A DNA stretch of 64,000 nt from Candidatus Oxydemutator sp. (GCA_965203445.1 OZ241883.1:800001-864000); one strand, 5' to 3'. Counted from the stretch's first letter, positions 11,101 through 21,472 are shown. The notes: generated by a model not told the origin, from the letters alone. Made by a program: numbers and translations.

Positions 11101-14100
11101 CCGCCTCCTCGGCGTCGTCGTCGTCGCGCACGCGCAGCGTGAACGCGCCGGTGGTGCGCCCGGCACTGATCGTCGCGGTCGCGTGCAACGCCGCGAGCGG
11201 GTTGCCGAAGGCGTCCTCGAAATCACCCGCGGTGATACCCGCGCCGGTGATCGCAACGCGCGCCGTCAGCGCCTGCGTCAATGCCGCCGAACCGTCGCTC
11301 AGCGCGAGCACGAACGCCAGGCTCCCGCCTTCGGCGACGGCCGCGGGGCGCACCGCGCGCAGCGTGATCTCGCGGTCGCCGGAAACGATATAGCCGAACG
11401 CGGCGCTTTGGGTGCCGACGCCGTAGTGGGCGGGGTCGTCGCCGCCTCCGGTAACCCCGGTCAAGACGATCCGCAACGCCTCCCTGGGTTCAAACTCGGT
11501 GTCGTCGAAGACGCGCACCGCCACCGCGCCAGTGGCGGTGCGCGGCGCGACGACGGCCTGGCCGATGATCGGGAAATCACCGCCGCGCGCCACGGCGGCA
11601 TCGTCCGGGTCGGCGAGGTCGCCGATTGCGGCGGCGTTCGCACCCGCCGCTCCGGCCGCGGCGGTAATTTTCCAATGCACCGTCAACGTCGAAGCGACCG
11701 CGGTGGCGCCGTCGCCTACCCGGATACGCCAGGACAAGGCCTCGCCGCTCTCTTCGGCGACCGTGCCCGCCTCGACCGAAACTCCTATCGGATCATTGGC
11801 GGCTATCGTCGCGCTCGCCGAAACGCCGTTGCCCAAGGTCACGACGAACGCCTCGGTGTTCTCGGAGACGTCGTCGTCGTATATCGGCAGCGCGATCACG
11901 GCGTTGCGGGTCGCCGCGGTGTCCACCGTCACCATGCCGGTGAAGGGCAGGGCGCCCGGGCGCGGTGCACCGGGATTGGCGGGGTCTGCAAAATCTATAG
12001 CCTGCACGCCGCGCGCGCCGGTCGCGGCCACGGTGTAGATTACCGCGACCACGCCGGTGGCGGCGTCCGCTGCGGTGACGGTGAACGTTGCGGTCGCGCC
12101 TTCGTCCACCCGCTGCGACGCGGGCGCCAGCGCCAGCGGCACAGAGGCGTTGATCGTCGCACTCGCCGAAGACGCGGCGGCGGCGATGCGATTCACGTGG
12201 GTGCCGCCGCCGCCGGTCGCGGCACGCAACGTGACCCGAAAGCGCGCCGCCTCGCGCCGTACGGCGCGCACGCGCAGCACGAGCGCGCCGTCGGTGCGTC
12301 CGGCGGCGATGATCGCGGTCGTCGGCAACGCCGCAAGCGGTGCGCCGGCCTCATCCGTGAAGTCTTGGGCGGCGACGGTGCCGCTGAGCGTGAAGTGGAT
12401 CGTCATATCCTCGGACAGCGCAGCCGAACCGCTGCTCAACGCAAACGGAAAGACAAGACGCCCGCCGGCGGCCGCGGCCGCGGGTCGCGGCGTTCGTATC
12501 CGAACCTCGCGCTCGCTTCGTTCGATGCGGCCAAACGCCGATTGCGTGCCGACCACGTAGTAGGCGTCGTCGGCAGGCGCCGCCTCGACGCCGGTCAGGA
12601 CGATCCGAAAGGTTTCGCGCGGCTCGAACTCGTCGTCGTCAAACGTCGGAATCGAGATGCCGCCGGTGGTCGCCCGCGCCGCGACGACGGCGACGCCGCG
12701 CAGCGGAAAGCCGCTGAGGCGAAGCCCGGCGGGACACGAGTCGCGGTCAAGCAGGCAACCGCCGCGCCGGGCGACCGCGGCGCTCGTCGCATCCGGGAAG
12801 TCGCCGATCTCGACCGCGTTCGTATCTTGTGTCGCCGGCACGTCGGCGGTGACCTCCCAACGCACCGACAGGTCGGAAGCGGCGGGCCTCGAGGACGATA
12901 AGACAAAAGACAGTGTGGTGCCTTCCTCCTGCGATACATCCCGCGTTATCGAGAGCGTCACCGGATCATTGGCGTTGATCACAGCCGTAGCGCGCGCGCC
13001 GTTCTGCAACGTCACGGTGAACGATTCCGGACGCTCGGAAACGTCGTCGTCGTATATCGGCAGCGTGATCACGGCGCTGCGGGTCACTGCGGTGTCCACC
13101 GTCACCATGCCGCTGAAGGGCAGGACGCCCGGGCGCGGCGCGCCGGGATCAGCGGGGTCTGCAAAATCCTCAGCCTGCGCGCCGCGCGCGCCGGCCGCGG
13201 CCACGGTCCAGGTGACCGCGACCACGCCGACGGCGGCGTCCGGCGCGGTGACGATGAACGTCGCGGCGGCGCCCTCGTCCACCCGCTGCGACGCGGGCGT
13301 CAGCGCCCACGGCGCTTCGGCGTTGATCATGGCGCTCGCCGAAGACGCGGCGGCGGCGACGTGATTGGTCTCGCTGCCGCCGCCGCCGGTAGCGCGCCGC
13401 AGGCGCACGCGGAACTCTTCCGCGCCCTCGATCTCGCCGTCCGCGCGCGGGCGCAACCGCAACGTCGCGGCGCGCGCCCCGGCGCGGATAACCGCCGTCG
13501 TCGGCAGCACCGCAAGCGGGTCGCCGAAATCATCCGCAAAGTCGCCCGCGGTGATACCGGTGCCGCTTATCTCTATATGCAACGTCAGATCCGCGAACAG
13601 ACCGGCCGACGCCTCACTCAACGCGAACGTGAAGTCGAGATAGCCCCCCTCGTCCGCGCCCGCGATGCGCGGCGCGCGTACCGAAATCTCGCGGTCGCTT
13701 TCAAAAATGTAGGCGGCGGCGCTCGTCAGGCTGGTTTCGTAGTACGCGATGTCGTCGTCTCCGGCCACGGCGACGCGCAGAGATTCCAAAGGCTCGACCT
13801 GCTCGTCGTCGAACGTTGCGACGACGAAATCCACCAGGGAACGCCCCGCCGGGATGACCAGCGTGCCGGTCACCGGAAAACCGCCGGCACGCGCCGTGGC
13901 ACCGTCCCCCGGAGCGGCGAGATCGCCGACCTCGATGCCGCGCGCGCCCTGCGCGTCGTCCTCGCCGCCGGTGATTTCCCAGACCAGCGTCAGCGTCGAG
14001 GCGGCGACGACGCCGCCGAGATAGACGACAAAAGTGAATTCGCCCCCTTCCGCGACGTGTTCATCCTCGCCGATCACGAGCGCGATCGGATCGCTGGCGC

Positions 14101-16531
14101 GGATCGTGGCGGTGGCCGAGGCGCCGTTGTGCAGAGTCACGGTGAACGCCTCGGCAAGTTCGGAGACGGCGTCGTCGTATAGCGGAATAGTGACGACCCC
14201 GGTGCGCGTAGCCGCGGCGTCCACCATCAGCACGCCTTCGAAGGGCAGCGCGCCCGCGCGCGCGACGCCGGGGTCGGCGGCGTCGGCAAAGTCCTCTATC
14301 TGAACGCCGCCGGCGGCGGCCGCGGCCACGGTATAGGTGACCGCCACCACGCCGACGGCGCCGTCGGGCAACGCGACAACGAACACCGCGTCCTGCCCCT
14401 CGTTTGCGTCCACCGGAGTCGGCGGCGTTATCCTCAGCGGGCGGTTGCGGTCGTTGATCGTGGCGCTGGTCGCCGCGGCCGCGGCCAAAACGTTGTTGGT
14501 GTGCGCGCCGCCGCCGGTCACCCGCTCTATGCGAACGGCAAATTGCTCGTCGCCTTCGGGCGCGCCGTCGCGTCGCGCGCGCAAGCGCAAGCCGGCGACG
14601 CGGCTGCCTGCAATGATGACCGCGCTCGTCGGCAGCGACGCCAGCGGGTTGCCGGCTTGGTCCTCGAAATCGTCGGCGGCAACGCCGCTGCCGGTGATCA
14701 CAAAGTGCACCGTCACGTCATGGCCGAGGTCCGCGGTCGCCTCGCTTACGAAGAACGCAAAGTCGAAACTTCCGCCCTCGTCCGCGGCCGCGGGCGTCCG
14801 TCTTTCTACGCCGATCTCGCGGTCGCTTGGAAGAATATAGCCGGGCGCCGAAGCGAGCGCGTCGGAGATCCGATAGCGGGCGGTGTCGCCCCTGCCCTGC
14901 GCGACGCCGGTCAGCCTGAGCGCCAGCACTTCCCACGGTTCGACGAGCGCGTCGTCGAAAACGGGCACGACGATGACGCCGACGGCGCTTCCCGAAGCGA
15001 TGACCGAGGTGCCGCGCACCGGAAAGGCGCCGCCGCGGGGAGCGCCCGCGTCGCCGGCAAGCGCAAGGTCGTCGCCGTGCGCCCCGGCCACGTTGATTCT
15101 GAGCGCGTCCGAGGCCGTGGCGATCTCCCACGTCAGCGTCAGCGTCGAAGCGGCGGCGGTGGCGCCCGAATCGAGTCGAACCGGGAACACGAGGGCGCCG
15201 CCCTCGCTTGCGACTAGTGCGCCGGCCACGCCGAGCGCGACCACGTCGGCGATGGCGACGACCCTGCTGGCCGAAGACGCGGCGGATACGTGGTTGGTGT
15301 GCAGGCCGCCGCCGCTCACGCGCCTCACGCGGACGCGGAAGCGTTCCGTCCCCTCCGCTCTGCCGTCAGCGCGCAAACGCAGCGTCAGCGTGGTCGAAGT
15401 CTCGTTCACCGCGATGGCCGCCGTCGTCGGCAACGTCGCGAGCGGGTTGCCGCGGGCATCCTCGAAGTCGTCCGCGCTAACGCCGGTGCCGGTAATCACA
15501 AAGTGCACCGTAAGAGCATCAAAGACGGCGGCCGACGCCTCGCTCAGCGCGAACGTGAAGTCAAGATGCTCGCCCTCGACGGCGACGCCCGTGCCCGGGC
15601 CCTCGACGCCGACTTCGCGGTCGCTCGCGGCGACGTAGGCGAGCGCGGTGCCGGGCGCGCCGATTTTGTAGTAAGCGCCGTCGTCGTCTCCCGCGATGAC
15701 GCCGACTAAGGCGACCCGGAAAAACTCCAGAGGTTCGACCTCGTCGTCGTCGAAGATGGGCACGTAAAATGCGCCGTTCGCGCCGCCCGCCGGAATGACT
15801 ATCGTGCCGGTTATCGGAAAGGCGCCGACGCGCGCGGCGCCAATGTTCTCCGAAGCGGCGAAATCAGCGACTTCGACGCCGCGCGCGCCTTGCGGCCCGG
15901 GCGACCCGGGCGGCCCGGGCGGGTCGGCGGTGATCTCCCAGGCCAGCGTCAACGTCGAAGCGGCCGTGGTCTGCCCCGAGTCCAGCTCCACAAAAAAACT
16001 GAATTCGCTTATTTCTTCCAAGGCATTCGCAAGATCTCCGTCCAGTATGAAGCCGCTGATTTCTATCGGATCGCTGGCGGCTATCGTCGCGGTCGCGGAA
16101 ACGCCGCCGCCCAGGTCCACTATGAAAGACTCGGCCCTTTCGCTGTCATCGTCGTCGTAAATAGAAACGACGATGAATCCGGTGCGAGTGACCGCGGTGT
16201 CCACCTCCAGCCTGCCACTGAAGGGCAGCGCCCCCGCGCGCGCCACGGCCGTGCTCGTCGGACTGGCAAAGTCCGCTATCGAAACGCCGCCCGACGGCGT
16301 CGCGCGCACCGTGTAGGTGACGCTGACCACGCCCGCGGCGTCGCCGGGCAGTGTGACCACGAACACCGCGGCGGCGCCTTCGGACGTCGCCGCCGGCGGC
16401 GGGCGGATGCCGATGCCTTCGGACTGTGCAAGCGCCGCCCCCGACGCGCCGCCTGCGACGACAAACAGCGTCGCCCAGAGCAGCGAGAGCAGCGACCGCC
16501 AAGCGCTTTCCTTATCCTGCAAAAGCGACAT
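8147..16531 (-). CDS. Giant surface protein (2794 aa): N-terminal signal peptide, ~20 Calx-beta-like repeats, C-terminal dockerin-like domain
   Basis: Hydrophobic N-terminus ending in ALA-Q. Repeated EG..F.V.L...V.Y...DF...G.......I.I.DD...E..E.F.V.L motifs. C-terminal GDVDRNGVIDERD / DADLDFDGEVLSAD loops. Confidence 0.88.
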   Translation of the reverse strand: MSLLQDKESAWRSLLSLLWATLFVVAGGASGAALAQSEGIGIRPPPAATSEGAAAVFVVTLPGDAAGVVSVTYTVRATPSGGVSIADFASPTSTAVARAGALPFSGRLEVDTAVTRTGFIVVSIYDDDDSERAESFIVDLGGGVSATATIAASDPIEISGFILDGDLANALEEISEFSFFVELDSGQTTAASTLTLAWEITADPPGPPGSPGPQGARGVEVADFAASENIGAARVGAFPITGTIVIPAGGANGAFYVPIFDDDEVEPLEFFRVALVGVIAGDDDGAYYKIGAPGTALAYVAASDREVGVEGPGTGVAVEGEHLDFTFALSEASAAVFDALTVHFVITGTGVSADDFEDARGNPLATLPTTAAIAVNETSTTLTLRLRADGRAEGTERFRVRVRRVSGGGLHTNHVSAASSASRVVAIADVVALGVAGALVASEGGALVFPVRLDSGATAAASTLTLTWEIATASDALRINVAGAHGDDLALAGDAGAPRGGAFPVRGTSVIASGSAVGVIVVPVFDDALVEPWEVLALRLTGVAQGRGDTARYRISDALASAPGYILPSDREIGVERRTPAAADEGGSFDFAFFVSEATADLGHDVTVHFVITGSGVAADDFEDQAGNPLASLPTSAVIIAGSRVAGLRLRARRDGAPEGDEQFAVRIERVTGGGAHTNNVLAAAAATSATINDRNRPLRITPPTPVDANEGQDAVFVVALPDGAVGVVAVTYTVAAAAAGGVQIEDFADAADPGVARAGALPFEGVLMVDAAATRTGVVTIPLYDDAVSELAEAFTVTLHNGASATATIRASDPIALVIGEDEHVAEGGEFTFVVYLGGVVAASTLTLVWEITGGEDDAQGARGIEVGDLAAPGDGATARAGGFPVTGTLVIPAGRSLVDFVVATFDDEQVEPLESLRVAVAGDDDIAYYETSLTSAAAYIFESDREISVRAPRIAGADEGGYLDFTFALSEASAGLFADLTLHIEISGTGITAGDFADDFGDPLAVLPTTAVIRAGARAATLRLRPRADGEIEGAEEFRVRLRRATGGGGSETNHVAAAASSASAMINAEAPWALTPASQRVDEGAAATFIVTAPDAAVGVVAVTWTVAAAGARGAQAEDFADPADPGAPRPGVLPFSGMVTVDTAVTRSAVITLPIYDDDVSERPESFTVTLQNGARATAVINANDPVTLSITRDVSQEEGTTLSFVLSSSRPAASDLSVRWEVTADVPATQDTNAVEIGDFPDATSAAVARRGGCLLDRDSCPAGLRLSGFPLRGVAVVAARATTGGISIPTFDDDEFEPRETFRIVLTGVEAAPADDAYYVVGTQSAFGRIERSEREVRIRTPRPAAAAAGGRLVFPFALSSGSAALSEDMTIHFTLSGTVAAQDFTDEAGAPLAALPTTAIIAAGRTDGALVLRVRAVRREAARFRVTLRAATGGGGTHVNRIAAAASSASATINASVPLALAPASQRVDEGATATFTVTAADAATGVVAVIYTVAATGARGVQAIDFADPANPGAPRPGALPFTGMVTVDTAATRNAVIALPIYDDDVSENTEAFVVTLGNGVSASATIAANDPIGVSVEAGTVAEESGEALSWRIRVGDGATAVASTLTVHWKITAAAGAAGANAAAIGDLADPDDAAVARGGDFPIIGQAVVAPRTATGAVAVRVFDDTEFEPREALRIVLTGVTGGGDDPAHYGVGTQSAAFGYIVSGDREITLRAVRPAAVAEGGSLAFVLALSDGSAALTQALTARVAITGAGITAGDFEDAFGNPLAALHATATISAGRTTGAFTLRVRDDDDAEEAERFQVVLRNVAGGGGPYANNPSAVPASAVIGAGDRRMRMAPQPVAVAEGSSAVFTVLLPDAATGTFDISYAVSAAPGAAGVSLSQFYDEFRVSPACPEGCRINRRRRGPSAATGISIEDFASTTSAAVARTGNLPFSGMITVDADAAASGAIHVPITDDDEFEPRSREVFQVALTAVVDGDGRSHAIGVPSSGVGVIINDDGSRIRSVSVDRARVLEGESIRFSFGFQNQISVPFTLVRVPDILGYTPQYPTFIPRYVDEFLHYQITGTGITAADFARNEAGEPLTSLRGSLRVSRVTGRFDLWTNIDGEREGAETFRFIATAITDGSLPLPGETLPGDSSRVAVIQPQPATITPPVIAVAEGESAALSVAAATTARTEIRYKVAAAAVGGVRRQDFQIVGKEFPLPPGFFDRLPLTYRTATNEGRGAIRFRAVDDAVSEREESFIVFLSESSASVTIGASDPVEIALDAEIAGREGDVFFFPITASAVAASTLTVTWAITAAVAVDGAAAAAARDFADATDSASRHRGFPVTGSAVINAGTSAGVVTVATFQDDDVEPRESFRVVLTGVQGGRGYHRIGARNSALGHILPSDREVGVEGARAADAHEGQSLSFVFAVSSESVPVSEEMTVHFVISGTGVTPADFADEAGNPLSALPTTALIAASHTAGALTLRLRVDGEVEEPEEFRVLLERATGGGGAHANQVSAAASSAAVTILPALPIVDPIVGARVYLQGAYAGSGGMSTGLIDVLPRRQPYNVAPWNYPATTTVPHVGEGSGLSGVTSTIVDWVLVELRTGANVGAILESAPTPGGRATGLLLRDGRIAGINEDAATAADALFLDGVRFETELPEGGQVYVLVHHRNHLSVISANALAPGSEGCTAGYCVDFRFAQSHGGRQAEVGQGTYAMFAGDVDRNGVIDERDETLIRVHNLRSLGAGAYRDPDAAGNYAVDADLDFDGEVLSADRCFVLAPGNQGRCRTFSAP

Positions 16532-16647
16532 GGCGGCATTGTAACGAACCGCGCAGGCTGTTATCCGCCTGTGGCCAACCTTATCCGCCGGCGCGGTGGC
16601 GGGCTTCTACGGGAATGACGGACTCGGGGGCGGGGCGGCGCCACGGC

Positions 16648-17499
16648 CTACCGTATCATCGTGCCGACGCCTTCGTCGGTCAGCAGTTCGAGCAGCAGCG
16701 CGTGCTCGACGCGCCCGTCTATGATGTGCGCCGAGTGCACGCCGTCGCGCACGCCGTTGAACGCGCATGCGACCTTCGGCAACATGCCGCCGTGAATGAC
16801 GCCGCGCGCAACCAGCGCCTCGACCTCGCCCCACGCGATTTCGGTAATCAACCCGCCGTTCTCGTCGAGCAGGCCGGGCGTGTTGGTCAGCAGGATGAGT
16901 TTCTCGGCCTGCAAGTGCGTCGAGATGGCGCCGGCCGCGGCGTCGGCGTTGACGTTGTATGACAGGCCGTCCTCGCCAACGCCGATGGGCGCTATGACCG
17001 GCACCGCCGAACGGCGGTGGGCGAAATCGGCAAGCGCCGGCGACACGCGCGCGACTTCGCCGACCCGCCCCAGGTCCCGTCCGTGTTCGTCCGGCGGCAA
17101 TTTGCGCGCGCTCAGTATGCCGCCGGCGGCGCCGACGAAGCCCTGGGCTGTGCCGCCGTGCGCCGTGATCGAGGCGACGATGCCGCGGTTGACCTCGGCC
17201 AGCGTCTCCTCGACGACGCGCATGGCGTCGGCGCAAGTTGCGCGCAGACCGTTGACGAAGCGCGTTGCTATGCCGGCTTTTTTCAGGTTGCGCGAAATGT
17301 CGGGGCCGCCGCCGTGCACGATAATCGGCTCCATGCCGACCGCCTTCAGCAGCACGACGTCGCGCGCGAAACCGTGCCGCAGGCGCGCGTCGGTCATCGC
17401 GCTGCCGCCGTACTTGACGACGATCACGTGGTCGCGGAAGCGCTGTATGTACGGCAGCGCCTCGCTGAGAATCTTTACCCTGCGCTTCGCGTCCTGCAT
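16648..17499 (-). CDS. argB: Acetylglutamate kinase
   Basis: LSEALPYIQRF, VVKYGGSAM, VHGGGP, YNVNAD, GGMLPKV, HIIDGRVEHALLLELLTDEGVGT. Confidence 0.97.
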   Translation of the reverse strand: MQDAKRRVKILSEALPYIQRFRDHVIVVKYGGSAMTDARLRHGFARDVVLLKAVGMEPIIVHGGGPDISRNLKKAGIATRFVNGLRATCADAMRVVEETLAEVNRGIVASITAHGGTAQGFVGAAGGILSARKLPPDEHGRDLGRVGEVARVSPALADFAHRRSAVPVIAPIGVGEDGLSYNVNADAAAGAISTHLQAEKLILLTNTPGLLDENGGLITEIAWGEVEALVARGVIHGGMLPKVACAFNGVRDGVHSAHIIDGRVEHALLLELLTDEGVGTMIR

Positions 17500-17502
17500 C
17501 GC

Positions 17503-18885
17503 TCAAAAGGGCACGTCGAGCGTCGGTTCCGTCTGCAACAGCGCGTCGCGGAACAGGCCTTGGATGCGGCGCAGGCCGGGTTCGGTGTCGGCCTCGAAGC
17601 GCGCCACCAGGCACGGCGTCGTGTTCGACGCGCGCACCAGGCCCCAGCCGTCGTCGAACTCGGCGCGCACGCCGTCGAGCTCGTTGACGCGCCCGCCGGC
17701 GTCGCTAAAGCGCGTGCGCGCGTGCGCGGCGAAACGCCGCATGAACCGATGTTGGCGGCCTTCGCGCCCGAAGTGGACGTTGATCTCCGGCGTCGCGTAC
17801 GCCTGCGGCAGTTCGCCGAAGACGTCGCTGCAACGGCGTCCGTCGGCGGCCACGATCTCGAGCAGGCGCGCGCCCGCGTAGAGGGCGTCGTCGAAGCCGT
17901 ACCAGCGGTCGCGGAAGAAAATATGCCCGCTCATCTCGCCCGCCAGCAGCGCGTTTTTGTCCTGCAACGCGGCCTTGATAAACGAGTGGCCGGTGCGGCT
18001 CATGTGCGCGACGCCGCCACATTGCTCGACCAGCGCGGCCAGATGGCGCGACGACTTGACGTCGTAGATGACCGCGGCGCCGGGGCGGCGGCGCAGCAGG
18101 TCCTTGGCATAGACCATCAACTGGCGGTCGGCCCAGATCACCTGGCCGCGATCATCCACGACGCCCAGACGGTCGCCGTCGCCGTCGAAGGCGAGGCCGA
18201 CGTCGAGGCCGTCGCCGCGCACGGTCTCGATCAACGCGGCCAGGTTGCCCACGTCGCTCGGGTTCGGGTGGTGGTTCGGGAAACGCCCGTCGACGTCGCA
18301 GTAGAGGCAGGTCAGCTCGCAGTCCAGGCGCGCGAACAGCGCCTGGGCCGCGGGCCCGGCGGCGCCGTTGCCGCAATCCACCGCGACGCGCAGGCGCCGC
18401 GCCAGACGCACGTCGGCGGCGACGCGCGCGACGTAATCGTTAAGCGGTTCGCATTGGCGACGGGCGCCGCGCCCTTCGTCGAAGTCGCCGGCGACGACCG
18501 CGGCGTGCAGCCTTTGGACATCGTCGCCGGCGAGGGTGTGGCCGCGTATCATCATCTTGACGCCGTTGTATTCGGGCGGGTTGTGGCTGCCGGTAACCAT
18601 CAGGCCGGAACCGGCGCACAGTTCGTGCGCGGCGAAATACAACAGCGGCGTAGGCGCAAGACCGACGTCCACGACGTCGGCGCCCGACGCGCGCAGGCCG
18701 TCGCCCAACGCGCGCGCAAGGCGCGCGCTCGACAGCCGCCCGTCGCGTCCGAGTGCTACGGCGCCGAGGCCCGGATGACACGTCGCGACGGCGCGCCCGA
18801 TGGCATACATCGTCGCCTCGTCCAGCTGCTCGTCGACGACGCCGCGAACGTCGTAGGCGCGAAAAATATCACCCGCGACGGGCAT
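17503..18885 (-). CDS. algC: Phosphomannomutase/phosphoglucomutase
   Basis: IFRAYDVRG, active-site VTGSHNP, metal loop FDGDGDR, GEMSGH, VRASNTTP. Start placed at ATG 18885. Confidence 0.95.
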   Translation of the reverse strand: MPVAGDIFRAYDVRGVVDEQLDEATMYAIGRAVATCHPGLGAVALGRDGRLSSARLARALGDGLRASGADVVDVGLAPTPLLYFAAHELCAGSGLMVTGSHNPPEYNGVKMMIRGHTLAGDDVQRLHAAVVAGDFDEGRGARRQCEPLNDYVARVAADVRLARRLRVAVDCGNGAAGPAAQALFARLDCELTCLYCDVDGRFPNHHPNPSDVGNLAALIETVRGDGLDVGLAFDGDGDRLGVVDDRGQVIWADRQLMVYAKDLLRRRPGAAVIYDVKSSRHLAALVEQCGGVAHMSRTGHSFIKAALQDKNALLAGEMSGHIFFRDRWYGFDDALYAGARLLEIVAADGRRCSDVFGELPQAYATPEINVHFGREGRQHRFMRRFAAHARTRFSDAGGRVNELDGVRAEFDDGWGLVRASNTTPCLVARFEADTEPGLRRIQGLFRDALLQTEPTLDVPF

Positions 18886-18963
18886 CGCCGCCTCCGCGCG
18901 CGTCCGTGGCGCCGCGCCGCGCCCGCTGCGTCCCAAAACCGCTCTCCACGATGCGCGTCTTCG

Positions 18964-19422
18964 CTAATACCGACCCGAATGTCCGAAGCCGCCAGCACCG
19001 CGCGCGCTTTGCTCGAAGTCCGCGACCACCTCGAAACGTACGCGCGCGACCGGCACGAACACCATCTGCGCGATACGCTCTCCCGGTTCGACGCGGTAGC
19101 TGCGCGTGCCGCGGTTCCAGCACGACACGAACACCTGCCCCTGGTAGTCCGAATCGATCAGGCCGAGGCCGTTGCCGAGCACGATGCCGTGTTTGTGCCC
19201 CAGCCCCGAACGCGGCAGGATGACCGCGGCGTAGCCGGGATCGCCGACGTGCACCGCAAAACCGGTCGGAATCAGCGCCGCGTCGCCGGCGTCCAAGGTT
19301 ACGGCCTGCTCCACGCAGGCGCGCACGTCCACGCCGGCGGAACCCGCGGTCGCGTAGTCCGGTAGCGGAAAATCGTCGCCTAAGCGCGAATCCAGTATCT
19401 TAAGCCGTATCGCTTTGCTCAC
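18964..19422 (-). CDS. dut: dUTP diphosphatase
   Basis: [40 protein letters not shown]. Confidence 0.97.
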   Translation of the reverse strand: MSKAIRLKILDSRLGDDFPLPDYATAGSAGVDVRACVEQAVTLDAGDAALIPTGFAVHVGDPGYAAVILPRSGLGHKHGIVLGNGLGLIDSDYQGQVFVSCWNRGTRSYRVEPGERIAQMVFVPVARVRFEVVADFEQSARGAGGFGHSGRY

Positions 19423-20689
19423 GCGCGTGCGAAGTTTCGCGGTAGCGCGCGACGATGCACCGCATCAGCCGCGCCGCCAGTTCGGTCTTCGGCGCCGGGC
19501 CGAGGCGCGTGCTTGGGCGCGCGCCGCCGCCGCGCCAGTACACGTCCACCAAGTTGTCGTCGCCGCCGTAGCCGTAGCCGTCGCCGGCGCCGACGCGGTT
19601 GGCCACGACCACGTCGAGATTTTTTTTCAGCAGTTTCGCCTTGGCGTTGGCCTCGACGGCCTCGGTCTCGGCGGCGAAGCCGACGCGGAACAAATGCGGA
19701 TACCGCCGGCCCGCGCTCTCGAGGACGTCCTCGGTCTCCACCAGCTCGAGCGCGAAGCCGCCGGACGAGTGCGCGGACTTCTTGATCTTGCGCCGCGCCG
19801 CCGTCGCCGGACGGTAATCGCTGACCGCGGCGCAGGCGATGAAGACGTCGGCGTCGGCGAGTTGCGCACGGGCCGCGGCCGCCACGTCCGCGGCCGAGGT
19901 CACGTCTATGCGCCGCAGCGTGCCGGCGACCGCGGCCGGCGTCGCCAGCGCCACCGGCCCGGCTATCAACGTGACGTCGGCGCCGAGGTCGCACGCCGCC
20001 TGCGCCATCGCAAAACCCATGCGCCCCGAACTGTGGTTCGTAAGGCAACGTACCGGGTCCAGCGCCTCGCGCGTCGGCCCGGCCGTGACCACGACCTTGC
20101 GCCCCCGCAACGGGCGGTCGCCGAACAGCCGCCGCAGGCGCGCGACAATTTCATCCGCCTCGATCATGCGCCCGGCGCCGGAATCGCCGCACGCCTGGGC
20201 ACCCGCCGCCGGCCCCCAGATCAGCACGTCGCGCTCGCGCAGGCACGCGACGTTGGCGCGCGTCGCCGGGTTTTCCCACATGCGGCGGTTCATCGCCGGC
20301 GCGACCGCCACCGGGCCTTCCGCCGCCAGGCAGGTCATCGAGAGCAGATCGTCCGCCAGACCGTGCGCCAGTTTCGCAAGCAGGTTCGCGCTGGCCGGCG
20401 CGACCAGCACCAGGTCGGCCCACTGTGCGAGATCAATATGCTTCATGCCGCTGCCGCCGTCGCCGCCAGCGTCGTCATTGTCGCCGCCGGCGTCGAAAGC
20501 GTCGCTCTCGACCGGCCTTCCGGCGAGGCCGTGCAGCGTCAGTTCGGTGATAAAAGCGCGCGCGGCGGCGCTCATCACGACGCGCACTTCGCACTCGGCG
20601 CGGCGCAATTCGCGCACCAGCACGGCACTTTTATACGCGGCGATGCTGCCGCAGACGCCGAGCAGCACGTTGGGGCGGGCGGCGGACAT
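19400..20689 (-). CDS. coaBC: Bifunctional PPC decarboxylase / PPC synthetase
   Basis: [59 protein letters not shown]. Confidence 0.96.
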   Translation of the reverse strand: MSAARPNVLLGVCGSIAAYKSAVLVRELRRAECEVRVVMSAAARAFITELTLHGLAGRPVESDAFDAGGDNDDAGGDGGSGMKHIDLAQWADLVLVAPASANLLAKLAHGLADDLLSMTCLAAEGPVAVAPAMNRRMWENPATRANVACLRERDVLIWGPAAGAQACGDSGAGRMIEADEIVARLRRLFGDRPLRGRKVVVTAGPTREALDPVRCLTNHSSGRMGFAMAQAACDLGADVTLIAGPVALATPAAVAGTLRRIDVTSAADVAAAARAQLADADVFIACAAVSDYRPATAARRKIKKSAHSSGGFALELVETEDVLESAGRRYPHLFRVGFAAETEAVEANAKAKLLKKNLDVVVANRVGAGDGYGYGGDDNLVDVYWRGGGARPSTRLGPAPKTELAARLMRCIVARYRETSHAREQSDTA

Positions 20690-20828
20690 GGCCGACAGTG
20701 TATCGAGAGGCCGGCGAACAGTAAAGAAGGCGCGACGACGGATTCAATGACAATGACGGATTACACCCGGTTCATCCGGCTTGCGAAATCGAATCTCGTT
20801 TCCCCGAAATTGCCGGCCCTCGCCATTC

Positions 20829-20936
20829 TTACTCAACGGCGAAAATCCGGCAAACGGCGGCGCGCGCGGCCGCGCACCATGCCGGATTGTCGGTTATCCG
20901 AAAATCCCGCCTGAACCAGATAAGAGATTGTCGCAT
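20829..20936 (-). pseudogene. phr: N-terminal remnant of a DNA photolyase/cryptochrome
   Basis: MRQSLIWFRRDFRITDNPAW matches the photolyase N-terminal WFRRDLRxxDNPAL motif; the frame stops after 35 aa. Confidence 0.7.
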
Positions 20937-20989
20937 CGGCATCCCCCATCCGCGGACCACCGAGGCGAAGGGCGCGTGCCCGATACGCT

Positions 20990-21472
20990 TTATTCCTCTT
21001 CCCGGCGCCAGTGACCGGAACGACCGCCCGCTTTTTCCATCAGGCGAACGTCGCTGATGATCATGGCGCGGTCGGCCGACTTGCACATGTCGTAAATCGT
21101 CAACAACGCGATCTGCACCGCGGTCAGCGCCTCCATCTCGACGCCGGTGCTGGCGCGCGTCTCGACGCGCGCGCGACATACGACCGACGGCGGCTCGGCG
21201 ACGGTCTCGAAGTCCACGGCGATCGCGGTCAGCGGCAGCGGGTGGCACAACGGCACCAGGTCGGCGGTCTTCTTGGCGGCCATGATCGCGGCCAGGCGGG
21301 CCGCGCCCAGGACGTCGCCCTTGCGGTGGGCGGCGGAGGCGACGCCCTCCAGCGTCTCGCGCGACATCAGAATGCGGCCTTCGGCGACGGCGCGACGCCG
21401 CGTCGCGTCCTTGTCGCCGACGTCCACCATGCGCGCCTCGCCGCGTTTGTCGAAATGTGTGAACCCGGCCAC
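20990..21472 (-). CDS. moaC: Cyclic pyranopterin monophosphate synthase
   Basis: [45 protein letters not shown] start at 21472. Confidence 0.95.
   Translation of the reverse strand: MAGFTHFDKRGEARMVDVGDKDATRRRAVAEGRILMSRETLEGVASAAHRKGDVLGAARLAAIMAAKKTADLVPLCHPLPLTAIAVDFETVAEPPSVVCRARVETRASTGVEMEALTAVQIALLTIYDMCKSADRAMIISDVRLMEKAGGRSGHWRREEE

Noticed and set aside
36-15709. Numerous 100-860 aa plus-strand ORFs over the first two giant genes
   Set aside because: GC-rich antisense shadow frames that repeat with the underlying gene.
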